Of a stretch of DNA of 32,000 nt, positions 22,384-32,000 are shown one piece after another. Origin of the DNA: Mycoplasma mycoides subsp. capri (lineage in GTDB: Bacteria; Bacillota_I; Bacilli_A; Mycoplasmatales; Mycoplasmataceae); contig NZ_CP065581.1 in the NCBI RefSeq assembly GCF_018389705.1, positions 480,001 to 512,000 of the forward strand. Reading direction: 5' to 3'. Position 1 is the stretch's first letter. Each line of letters begins with the position of its first letter. The notes beneath the pieces were generated by a model. The model saw only the letters and a list, made by a program, of their open reading frames with translations. It searched no databases and had not been told where the DNA came from. The translations under genes were made by a program, and so were the position numbers.

Positions 22384-24276
22384 TTAATTTACTATTTGTT
22401 CAAATTGTTTTACTAGATCTTCAGCGTTAGTTGTTGAATAGCCTTGACGTTCAGTTTGATTTATTAAGGCTTTAGAAATGTGTCCTATTATTTGCGCAGT
22501 TTTATCATCAGTAACAACAGCTTTAGAAATAATTTTACCATCCTCTAATTTTAGTAATGAATTTAATGAAAGAAGTGAAGATCTTAACATATTAAGATTG
22601 AAGTATTCAGGTTCTTTAGAAATGTCTTGAGTAGCCTTTAGTTTTTTTTCTAATTGTTCAACTCTTTTCTTAAGATCATCATAAGTATTTTTATTAACAA
22701 CACTTCTTAATGGCATTATATATCCTGAAGTTTTTGCAAGAGTTAATCAGTTTTTTTCTTTAACTGTATTTATTTGATTTTCTCCCATATATAGTCATTT
22801 TAAGAATTTTTTTGTTCCTGTGTTTAATTTTTCATTACCAACATTAATCGGAATAATACTTGAACCACCTTCGTGAAAAATACCTGGATTATTATTTGTA
22901 GTAGTAGAATTTGAGGAAGTATTAGATTTTGTTATTAAAGGTGTTATTTGTGAATCCATAAATACATCATCTTCTTTAGCGTTAACTAAGTCAAATTTAG
23001 GATCTTCTTTAATATCATCTCCAAAATAAGGATGATTTCTAGTTAATTGACTAACTTTATTTTGATGCGCCCCAACAGATGCTGCTAAACTAAATGCACT
23101 TTGGAATCTAAAAATATTTCATGAACCTCATTCTTTGTCTTCATTTGCCATGAATTTTACTGATTGAAATACTTTTTTATCAAGTGATCCTTCCTTTGTT
23201 TTTTCTTGTCTTTTTACAGTATCACTTCATTCTTTTCACAACTTTTTAAATTCATCTTTTATTGTAGTGTCAGTAACTAAGTTATATTTAACTTTAGGTG
23301 GTTGTCCATTTTTATTAGTTTCTAATTCAAAAATGGATTTATTTTTATCAATTCTAGAATGTAATTCCTTATTAAAAACGTCTTCTTGATAATCAATTGA
23401 AAAAACTTCACCTGAAATAGTATCTTTTGTGACCTTACTTTCATCGATTTCTACACCATCGACAAACTTAGCTGCTAAGTCTCTAAGTTCTTTAATAGAT
23501 TGAAATGTCTTATCAGTAACATGAATATCTTTTAATGAACCATTATTTGATGTAGAACCATTTCCACTATTTTGATTTCCTTTAGTTTTAACTTTTAATG
23601 CATGTCATATACTTTTTTCTGGTATAGGGTTACCTTTTCCAGATTCTGATTCTTTAGCCTTTTTATAAATTTCAATATTTTCTTCAACCTTTCCCCCACC
23701 TTCTTTAATTAAATCAAACATTTTTTTCATTAATTTTAAATTATATTGAACTCCATCAATATCTGCATTATCAAAAGGAATATTATAAAGTTTATTTGTA
23801 TCAGATTGACCTGCTAAAATTGAGTGTAAGTTACCAATTTCTTTACTAAATAATTCTTTATTGATACCTTGATCAGAAACGTCTAGTAATTTTTGTCCTT
23901 GGTTAATAACATAAGCTCCAGATTGAGCCCCTAAAATAATGTTTGGTAATGCTTTTGTATTGCCAGTTTCCATATCTTCTTTAACTTTTTTAATTAATTT
24001 AAATTCACCATAAATTTTATGACCTTCTTCAGCGTTTGTATCATCTTTACGAATGTCAGCAAACTTAAATTTAACAGGAACAAAACCTTTTTCGTCTTTG
24101 AAAGTTGTATTATAATAGTTTACTAAAGGTTTTAAAGATAGAGCTAATGGTCATCCAGAACCTTGTGCTAATGAAAATAAAACTCTGTCTGATTTAGTAG
24201 TTGTACATGCAATTGCAATAAATGGAGTTGTCATAGTTAAAGCCATAGCTGATAATCCAAGTAATTTTCTTTTCAT
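22384..24276 (-). CDS. Predicted substrate-binding lipoprotein of a carbohydrate/glycerol-phosphate-type ABC importer, 630 aa
   Basis: MKRKLLGLSAMALTMTTPFIAIACTTTK lipobox; last gene of the ATPase-permease-permease run on the minus strand. Confidence 0.75.
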
Positions 24277-24407
24277 TTCTTTATTTTCCTTGTTTTATTT
24301 TTTTTCTTTTTTTCCAATTTATATTTTATATTACGAATTTTTTAAAACTTTTAAAAACTAAAAAATGAATTAAAAAAAGAAAGGCAGTTTTATTTAGTAA
24401 AATTCTA

Positions 24408-25211
24408 CTAATTAAATCTACCAATCTTTTTAGAAAAACTCATATAAATAATTAATGGTACTAATATTGAAATCATAGCTCCAGCTGCTTGAACGTTTTT
24501 TAAACTTGCTTCTTGTTCTCTACCTAATGTTAAATATCAAATAGAAATATTAGTAAATTTTTCTGAAAGTATAAATTGTGGTCATAAATAATCATTTCAA
24601 ACTGAAATAAATGAAAAAATAATTAATAAGAAATAACCCAATTTCATTTTAGGTAAATAAACATAAAATAATTTATCATATCATTTTAAATTATCATTTA
24701 TCATTACTTTTGATTTTTCAGTTTCAATACTTTTTGCTAAGTTAAAAATATATGTAAAGTTAAAAAATGAAAAAATAGCATTTGTAACATAAGCAATTGG
24801 AGTTGTATATAAATTAATTTGTAATAAAACAAACTTTAAACTTAAAAATATAGAAAACTCAGGAATTAAACTAATTATTATAAAAAAGTATAAAAAAGCT
24901 TTTTGATATACAGGTTTCATTTTTAATAAGCCAATAATCGCTAGAGAATATACAATTATTCTTATACTAATTAAAATTGTTGAAAATAATATAGTTCAAC
25001 CAAAGGCTTTTAAGAAATTACTTTGAAAAGCCTTTAAAAAGTTAGACCAATTTCACTCCTTAATTACTAGATAAGTTTTTTTATCTAGAATTGATAAATT
25101 GGAAAGCAAAGCTTGTAATAACAAGTAATATAAAGGAAATAATAACAACAAACACAACAATGCGATTAATAAGTATTTAATAATCTCTTTAATTATTATT
25201 TTTGTTTTCAT
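24408..25211 (-). CDS. ABC transporter permease (UgpE/MalG-like), 267 aa
   Basis: Multi-TM ORF with an EAA-loop-like IETEKSKVMINDNLKWYDKLFYVYLPKMK and WNDYLWPQFIL. Confidence 0.85.
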
Positions 25212-26199
25212 ACTTACCTCTATTTTTTAAAATAACTTTTTTAATTAATTTATAAATACTTTTAATTGTTTTTGGTCTTAATAATAAAATTAAACATAAT
25301 AATAAAACTAAATAAGAAAAACTAAAAAATGCCGCTGAATAACCTCTTTCATATCATAGACTTGATGAACCTCACCCAAAATACTTAATTGTATAACTTG
25401 TTAGAGTGTGAGCATAATTTAAATCTACATTAAAATTATCTTCTAATAAAGCTGAAGGTAATAATAAACAAGCAAAAATAAAATTAGTAAATAAAATTGA
25501 AAATAATACTTTAGATAATTCATTTAAATAAACATATCTAAATGATTGTAGTAATGTTAATTTATCATTTAACATTAATTTTTTATATTTATAATCACTT
25601 CTTGATAAAGCTGCTGCAAATAAAATTAAATTAAATGGTAATGATCTTCAGATTTGATAAATAGCATAATAAATTCAAATTGGTAAACGCTTATTTCCAC
25701 TAGTAAAACTATATTGATTTAAACCTAATATATAAAAAAATAAGTTTTTAGCTCCAAAAAAGTTAGTAAAAGCAATACCAATAGCAAATCCTGATATAAA
25801 AAATTGAGAATAAATTACTGATAGTAAAATACTTTTTGTAGTTCTACTAATTAAAGAATTAATAATAAAACTAAAAATTAATGCTAGAATTATTGAAATT
25901 CCAGTACCAAATAATAATACAAACGTTGAATTTAAAATAGCATGTTGAAAATTTGGATCAGATAAAATGTTATTATAGTTTTTAAAATTATATTCATAAA
26001 TAGTTCTATTTGCTTCATTTGGTGTAAATCTTAAAGATTTTATAAAAGTATGAAAAATAGGAATAATTGTAAATAATAAAATTAAAAGTAATAAAGGTAA
26101 CATTAATAAAACTATTTTTAAAACAGGTAGTGAGTTTTTTAATTTTAGTTTTAAATTAAAACTATCTTTTTGTTTAAATTTTAATAAGAACTTATTCAT
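25189..26199 (-). CDS. ABC transporter permease (UgpA/MalF-like), 336 aa; start may be 26214
   Basis: Multi-[22 protein letters not shown]... with IIPIFHTFIKSLRFTPNEANR, and an EAA-like region continued across UGA codons; overlaps both neighbours. Confidence 0.82.
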
Positions 26200-27412
26200 A
26201 AATACGATTTCCATTCTTATTAAAAACTAATACATCAGATTGATTGTATTTAAGATCAATTAGATCATTAACTTGTAGTGAATTATCATTTAAAACTAAA
26301 GTTCATTTAATATCTTTATCAAAGTTAATTAAATAATGTACTTTATCTCCAAAACTTTTTTTATCAATAATTTGATATTTACCATTTAAATTAGGTTTAA
26401 CTTTGATTTTATTATGTCTTATATAATAACTTTTATCATCTTGTGTTTTAATAAAATTAATTTCAGGACTTCCTATAAATTTTGCAACAAACAAGTTGTT
26501 TGGATCATTATACATTTGTTCTCCAGAACTAAATTGTTGGATTTTACCTTTATCTAGTAAAATAATTTGATCACTAATCTTTAAAGCATCTTGTTGGTCA
26601 TGAGTAACAATTATCATACTTAAATTAAATTCTTTTTTAATCTTTATTAATCAATCAATAGTTGATTCTTTAATTTTGGCATCAAGTGCTGAAAATGGTT
26701 CATCTAATAAAACTAAATTAGTTTTTTTAATAATCCCTTTTGCAAAAGCTACTCTTTGTTTTTGACCACCAGATAACTGGTTAACATTTTTATATAATAA
26801 TTGATCAATACCTAATTTTTTAGAAATTAATTCTATTTCATTTTTAAATAAATTTTTTAATTTAATTTCTTTTAAAAACTTAAATTTGTGTTTTACTTGT
26901 TTTTCAAATAAACATAAAAATACAAGTTTTAAAAAAGCTTGTTTTTTTGTTTTAGTTTTTGAGTTTAAATCATTTATAAGATCTTTATAAGTTTCAAATT
27001 GGTCTATTAATTTTTTTGAAAATAACTCTTTATTATTTAAAAATTTTTCAAAATAATTCAAATATGTTTGTTCAACTCATTTTGAATAATTTTTAGCACT
27101 TAAAAAAACATTATTAAAAACAGTTGTATTTTCATACACTGAGTTTTCTTGCATAATATAAGCAACTTCGTGAATTTTAGGATTATTTAAAATGTGAATA
27201 CTTCCTTTATCTGGTTTAATATATCCTAATAAAAGGTTTAATAAAGTTGTTTTTCCACTCCCAGAAGGTCCTAGTAAAGAAATAATTTGGTTTTTTTGTA
27301 TTTGTAAGTGATCTATTAATAAATCATAATTTGATTGTTTTTTATGATATTTAAATCTTAAGTCATTAATTTCAATTAAAACATTATCATTATTTGGTTT
27401 TGGTTTTTTCAT
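26192..27412 (-). CDS. ABC transporter ATPase (UgpC/MalK-like) with long insertion, 406 aa
   Basis: Walker [14 protein letters not shown], signature [14 protein letters not shown], Walker [15 protein letters not shown]-loop [11 protein letters not shown]. Confidence 0.93.
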
Positions 27413-27701
27413 AAGATTTTAATTTAATTCTTTCATTTATATTAATTAGTTAATAAGAACTAATTTCAATTTTATTTTGTTAAATATTATTAAATTATAT
27501 TTAGTAAGTCTATATAAGATCTATAAGTTTTTAAAACAGTCAGAATTTTAAAATACTCCTTTCTTTTAAAATTTACTTTTTTAAAAATTTTAACAAAAAT
27601 AAGAATGAATTATTAGTTAGTTTTAATATTATTATTTTTTAACTAGATTTAATGTTGTAATATAAAAGTGTATAGACTAGTTATTGTTCTATATAAACTG
27701 C

Positions 27702-27747
27702 TAATTAGTTATTAAATTAGTTTAATTATTAATTTAATAACTAATTA
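27702..27747. repeat. Perfect 18-bp inverted repeat in the leader region of the MFS gene
   Basis: TAATTAGTTATTAAATTA (27702-27719) / TAATTTAATAACTAATTA (27730-27747), 10-nt loop, 42 nt upstream of ATG 27790. Confidence 0.8.
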
Positions 27748-27789
27748 TTTAAGATTAAATAAAAATAAAAATTGATAGAATGGATTAAT

Positions 27790-29307
27790 ATGGACAAGGT
27801 TACTAAATTTTTTGGAAGTATTCCTGAATTTTTTAAACGTAATTATGTTCTTTTGATTTTAGCTTTAGCCGATGTTGCTATTATGGCTATTCCATTTTAT
27901 ATGGATAATTTTATTCCTAATATGAATGCTAACTTTAGATTAGCTCAATCAGATTATTCACAAGCTGGAGCTATTTATGGTTATGTTTCACTTCCATGTT
28001 ATATACTTGGAGCTTGATTAGGAGATAAATTTAGAGCCAAATCAATGGTTGTATTAGGTATTGTTATTACTGGAGTTTTAGGAGTTTGGTATGTTATTTT
28101 ACCATTTGTTCCTTTATTAGCTGGTAATACAGAACATGTTTTACAAGGTACTTTTAGAAATTTAATGGTTGTTCAATTATGTATAATTTTTGCAGGATTT
28201 GCTTTTGCAACTTGTGCATTATTTTGAGCACCATTATGAAAACTTGTAAAAAACGTTAACACTGAACATTTACCAAAAGAATTACAAGAAAAACAAGTTG
28301 GAAAAAACAATGGTATTCAAGGAATGTTAAATGGGTTAATTGGTTTAGCAATTGCTTTATTTGGTACATTACTTTTAGAATTACAAAACCATGAGATTTT
28401 AGGTAAAGTTGGTGGAGAAAACGGAGTTTCAATAGGATTTTTAATTTTAATTTCTTTATATGCTGGATTTATTATTCTTTCAGCACTATTAGCTTTATTT
28501 TTAATTAAAGAACCTAAATTACAAGAACCACCAAGCTTTTCAGTTAAAGCTTTGATAAGTGTTGTTAAAGATAAAACTGTAATCTTATTAGCTATTTTAG
28601 TTTTAGGAGTTTACATGTTACAAATGGGGCTATCTTCATATGTAAACTATTTAAAAAACGTGTTCTGAGTTCCTGGATTAGCTGTTATGTTAATTGGGTT
28701 AATGAGAACATATGCTATGAGATTTATGATTTCAGGATGATTTGGTAAATATGCTGATAAGAAAAATTCTTATATTCCACTAATTTGTATAGGTTTATTA
28801 CTTGGTATGTTATTAGTTGGAGTTGGAATAATTTTACCTGGATTTGGATTAGATAATATTACAAATGATACAGATCCAAATCTAAAAAAAGCTTCAACTA
28901 TTATATTACAAGTTGCAGCTGGATTAAATTTAGTTGTAATGGGAGCTGTTACTTGAGCTGTTGTTACAATTAGATGATCTCCAATTGGAACTGATTTAAG
29001 AATTGCAAATGAAAAATATGCAGCAGCAGTTAATGTTGTTAGTGTTATTGCCTTTACTCCAGATGCATTCTTTAAACAAATTAGATCAGCAATTGAAGCA
29101 AAACACGAAATGACTATTATTATTGATGGAAGACAAAGTATTGTTGCTGATAGACTTGGTAACCAATTAATTTTATTAGTAGTTTTAGGATTTGGTTTAC
29201 TTGGTTTAGTTTCTGGAATTATCCTGCATTTTGTTTTACAATCAAGAAATAAATGAGAAGCTTTAGAATCAAGACTACAAGTTATTGAAAGCAAAATTAA
29301 GAACTAA
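27790..29307 (+). CDS. Major facilitator superfamily transporter, 505 aa (possibly phosphorylated-sugar/organic-phosphate type)
   Basis: About 12 TM ORF: MDKVTKFFGSIPEFFKRNYVLLILALADVAIMAIPFYMDNF..., GAWLGDKFRAKSMVVLG, WFGKYADKK. Confidence 0.85.
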
Positions 29308-29308
29308 T

Positions 29309-29340
29309 AAAAAGTCATAAGGTCTAACTTATGACTTTTT
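29309..29340. terminator. Intrinsic bidirectional terminator
   Basis: AAAAAGTCATAAG / CTTATGACTTTTT inverted repeat between convergent genes. Confidence 0.85.
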
Positions 29341-29348
29341 TATTTACA

Positions 29349-31532
29349 CTAATTATTTAATTTATTTAAAATATGTTCAACTAAAGTAGTTTTTCTAATT
29401 CTTGCATTTTTTTTACTTGCTTTTATAAATAAGTCAAAATCACCAATCACTACTAGTTGTTTTTTTGCTCTAGTAATAGCTGTATATAAAAGTTTTTTAT
29501 TTAAAAAACTACTAAATAAAGTATCTTGTAAAACTAAAATTACTTGATCATATTCACTACCTTGAGTTTTATGTACACTACAACAATAACTTAAATTAAT
29601 TTCATCAAATTGTTCACTTGTAAATTCAAACAAGTTGTTATTAAAGTTAATAATAGCTGAATTAAATTTATTATTATTTTTATTAATTTGACAAATATAT
29701 CCAATATCACCATTTGATAAATTTAATTCACTATCATTTTTTAAATACATAACTTTATCATTAACAGCATATCTAAATCTTAATCTATCATAAACATTAT
29801 TAGTATCTAAAATATTTTGATTAAAGTTATATTGAATAAAATTATTTAAATTTTCAATTCCTAAAATATCAGCATAAACTGGAGAAATCACTTGAATATT
29901 TTTTGTTTGATTAATAGTTTTACTATAAACTGTTTTTAAATACTCTAAACAAGCTTGTTTATCTTTATTAAAGAAAAACTCTACATTATCTAAGTTTTGT
30001 AATTTGTTTAGATCTAAATTATCATTTTTTATCATATAAGCTAGATCAATAATTCCATTATTAAAACTTTGACGATGAATGTTTATTAAATTAGTAGTAC
30101 AAATAATTTTAGAATTAATAATATCATAAAAAACATTTCCATACCCAACACTTGCTAACTGATCAACATCACCAATCAAAACAATTTTTTTAGCATTATT
30201 TATTGAAGATAAAAACTGAGAAAATAAGCGAGCATCGATCATTGAACACTCATCAAGTATTAATAAATCATAATCTAGTGGATGATATTTATTAACACTA
30301 AATTTATTGTCTTTTTCATAACCTAAAAGTTTATGAATAGTTGTTGCATGACTTTCTGTAAAGTTTTCTCTAATTTTTGCAGCTGCTCTTCCAGTTGGTG
30401 TACAAATTGCATAATTACTAGAATGATAAACTTTTTTAAACAATTCAACTATTGCTTTAATAATTGTTGTTTTACCAGTTCCAGGTCCTCCAGTTATAAT
30501 ACTGATTTTATGTTTAATAAAGTTTTTTAAAGCTAAAACTTGATCTTGGTCATATTTAAAATCTTTAATTTGTGTATTTAGTTGAATTTGATTAATATAA
30601 CTAGTTAATAAATCATCATCAATATCATTAGTCTTTAAATGATTATTAACTAAAACTTCACTAATTATTAATTCATCATTAAATGATTCATAAGTATAAA
30701 TCTTTTCATTTTTTAAAACTAATAATTCATTTTTAATAGCATAATCTAAACCATTATTTAATAAATCTAAATCATTAATTTTTATTAAATCAGAAACTTT
30801 TTTAAATAAGTAGTTTTTATAAGTATAACTATCTCCTAAATTAAATAAAATTTCATTACAAGCATATAAATGTCAATAACTAATTCTAGTTAAATTATTA
30901 ATATCATTATTATTAAAATATAAAAATATCTTATCAATATCTTGCATTAAACCAAGTTCATGTTTAAAACTAAATTCAAACCAATTATTAGTTAGAATTT
31001 GTTTTATTTCATTTTCATCATCAGTAAACTTTTTTAGTTTATCTAGTATTTTTAAGTTCAAATTATGATTAATAAATTCAATTCTTAAAAAGTTTTGTTC
31101 ATTAATTTGTTTGATTTTATTATAAATTAATTCTAATTTATCTTTACTAATATCTTTGATTTGAAAAAACTGCTCTTTATTATTTAAAATTTCTTGTATA
31201 AAGTTTTTTGAATAAAGTTTAGCTATTTTACTAGCTGTTAAATTACCAATTCCTGGAAAAACATCAGATTTTAAAAAGTTAATAATTTGTTGTTCTGTAT
31301 TAATACTTGCTAAAGTAAAACTACTTACTTCAAAACTTGTTCCATATTTAATATGACTTGTTTGTTTTCCTACTAATTCATATAAAATTTTTGGTTTTAA
31401 ATCACTAATTTCACCTTTAATTTTTATAGTTTTATTAGGATTATTTTCACTTGTAAAAATAGCTAAAGCTCAAGAATCTGATTTGTATAAAAACTTAGAT
31501 AAATAACCTCTGATTTTTATTTGTTCTTCCAT
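29349..31532 (-). CDS. recD2: RecD2-like ATP-dependent DNA helicase, 727 aa
   Basis: Helix-hairpin-helix-like FPGIGNLTASKIAK, Walker A ISIITGGPGTGKTTIIKA, CTPTGRAAAK, LLILDECSMID, IGDVDQLASVGYG, CCSVHKTQGSEYDQV, LYTAITRAKKQLVVIG. Confidence 0.92.
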
Positions 31533-31617
31533 AATATGTTCCAATCTTAAAATCTATTTTAATAATATCAAAACATTATTAAATTGAAATTTAATAAAAT
31601 AAAACTAATTAAATAAA

Positions 31618-31640
31618 AAAGTTCAAATAATTTGAACTTT
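31618..31640 (-). terminator. Intrinsic terminator
   Basis: AAAGTTCAAA TAA TTTGAACTTT hairpin at the end of the partial gene. Confidence 0.65.
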
Positions 31641-32000
31641 AATTATCATCTTGATTTTGATCATCATCACTAAAATAATCTTCAAAATCTAATTGTTTAG
31701 TTTTTTTATCTTTTTTATTTTGACTAACTTTAGATAGAAGTGAAGAAATATCATCTAAATAAGAACTTAAATCAGATCCGTGAACTTGGTTTGCGTTATT
31801 TATAGCTTTGTTTTTAGTATCTTTTGAAACAACAATACGCTCACTTACTAATTTATTAAACTTTGGTTTAGTTTCTATTTGATCATTTGTATCTTGATCA
31901 TTAAAATTATTTGCTAAAGCAGGTTGATCAAAAGCAATTGATCTTATTAATTGTTTAATAGAAATATATGAAATTTCATCAATATTTGTAGAAATACTGT
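31639..32000 (-). CDS. 3' part of an acidic hypothetical protein (truncated by window edge)
   Basis: Open frame ...SISTNIDEISYISIKQLIRSIAFDQPALANNFNDQDTNDQ... to ...EDYFSDDDQNQDDN*. Confidence 0.7.
   Translation of the reverse strand, partial: SISTNIDEISYISIKQLIRSIAFDQPALANNFNDQDTNDQIETKPKFNKLVSERIVVSKDTKNKAINNANQVHGSDLSSYLDDISSLLSKVSQNKKDKKTKQLDFEDYFSDDDQNQDDN

Noticed and set aside
28770-29294. Minus-strand 174-aa ORF with apparent Cys/Thr/Ser richness
   Set aside because: Antisense to the MFS transporter; long only because UGA/UAA are rare in that shadow frame.

Overview
AT-rich Mollicutes chromosomal segment. UGA reads as Trp throughout, and the gene content fits the Mycoplasma mycoides/capricolum group (species assignment is inference). 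The supplied ORF track cuts genes at UGA, so I re-joined ORFs across UGA by hand. Supported content: a small lipoprotein; a 685-aa acidic protein with an extremely Cys-rich segment; an HEFGH membrane protein whose lethal-factor-like metalloprotease motifs are in permuted order; membrane proteins; nagA; ldh; a two-gene ABC exporter; a Pro/Lys-rich lipoprotein; a frameshifted DUF285 surface protein; three tandem alpha/beta hydrolases; a compact GcvH-like / SirTM-like sirtuin / LplA-like ligase / OYE-like cluster without an adjacent macrodomain gene; a ~1297-aa internally duplicated DUF285 surface protein; an ABC importer operon (ATPase, two permeases, lipoprotein); an MFS transporter; a RecD-like helicase; and a partial 3' gene end. 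No rRNA, tRNA, CRISPR array or transposase was recognised. Best candidates for novelty: the lipoate-linked sirtuin cluster with degenerate active-site motifs (14851-18247), the motif-permuted metalloprotease (2724-4370), and the metallothionein-like Cys-rich protein (515-2572).
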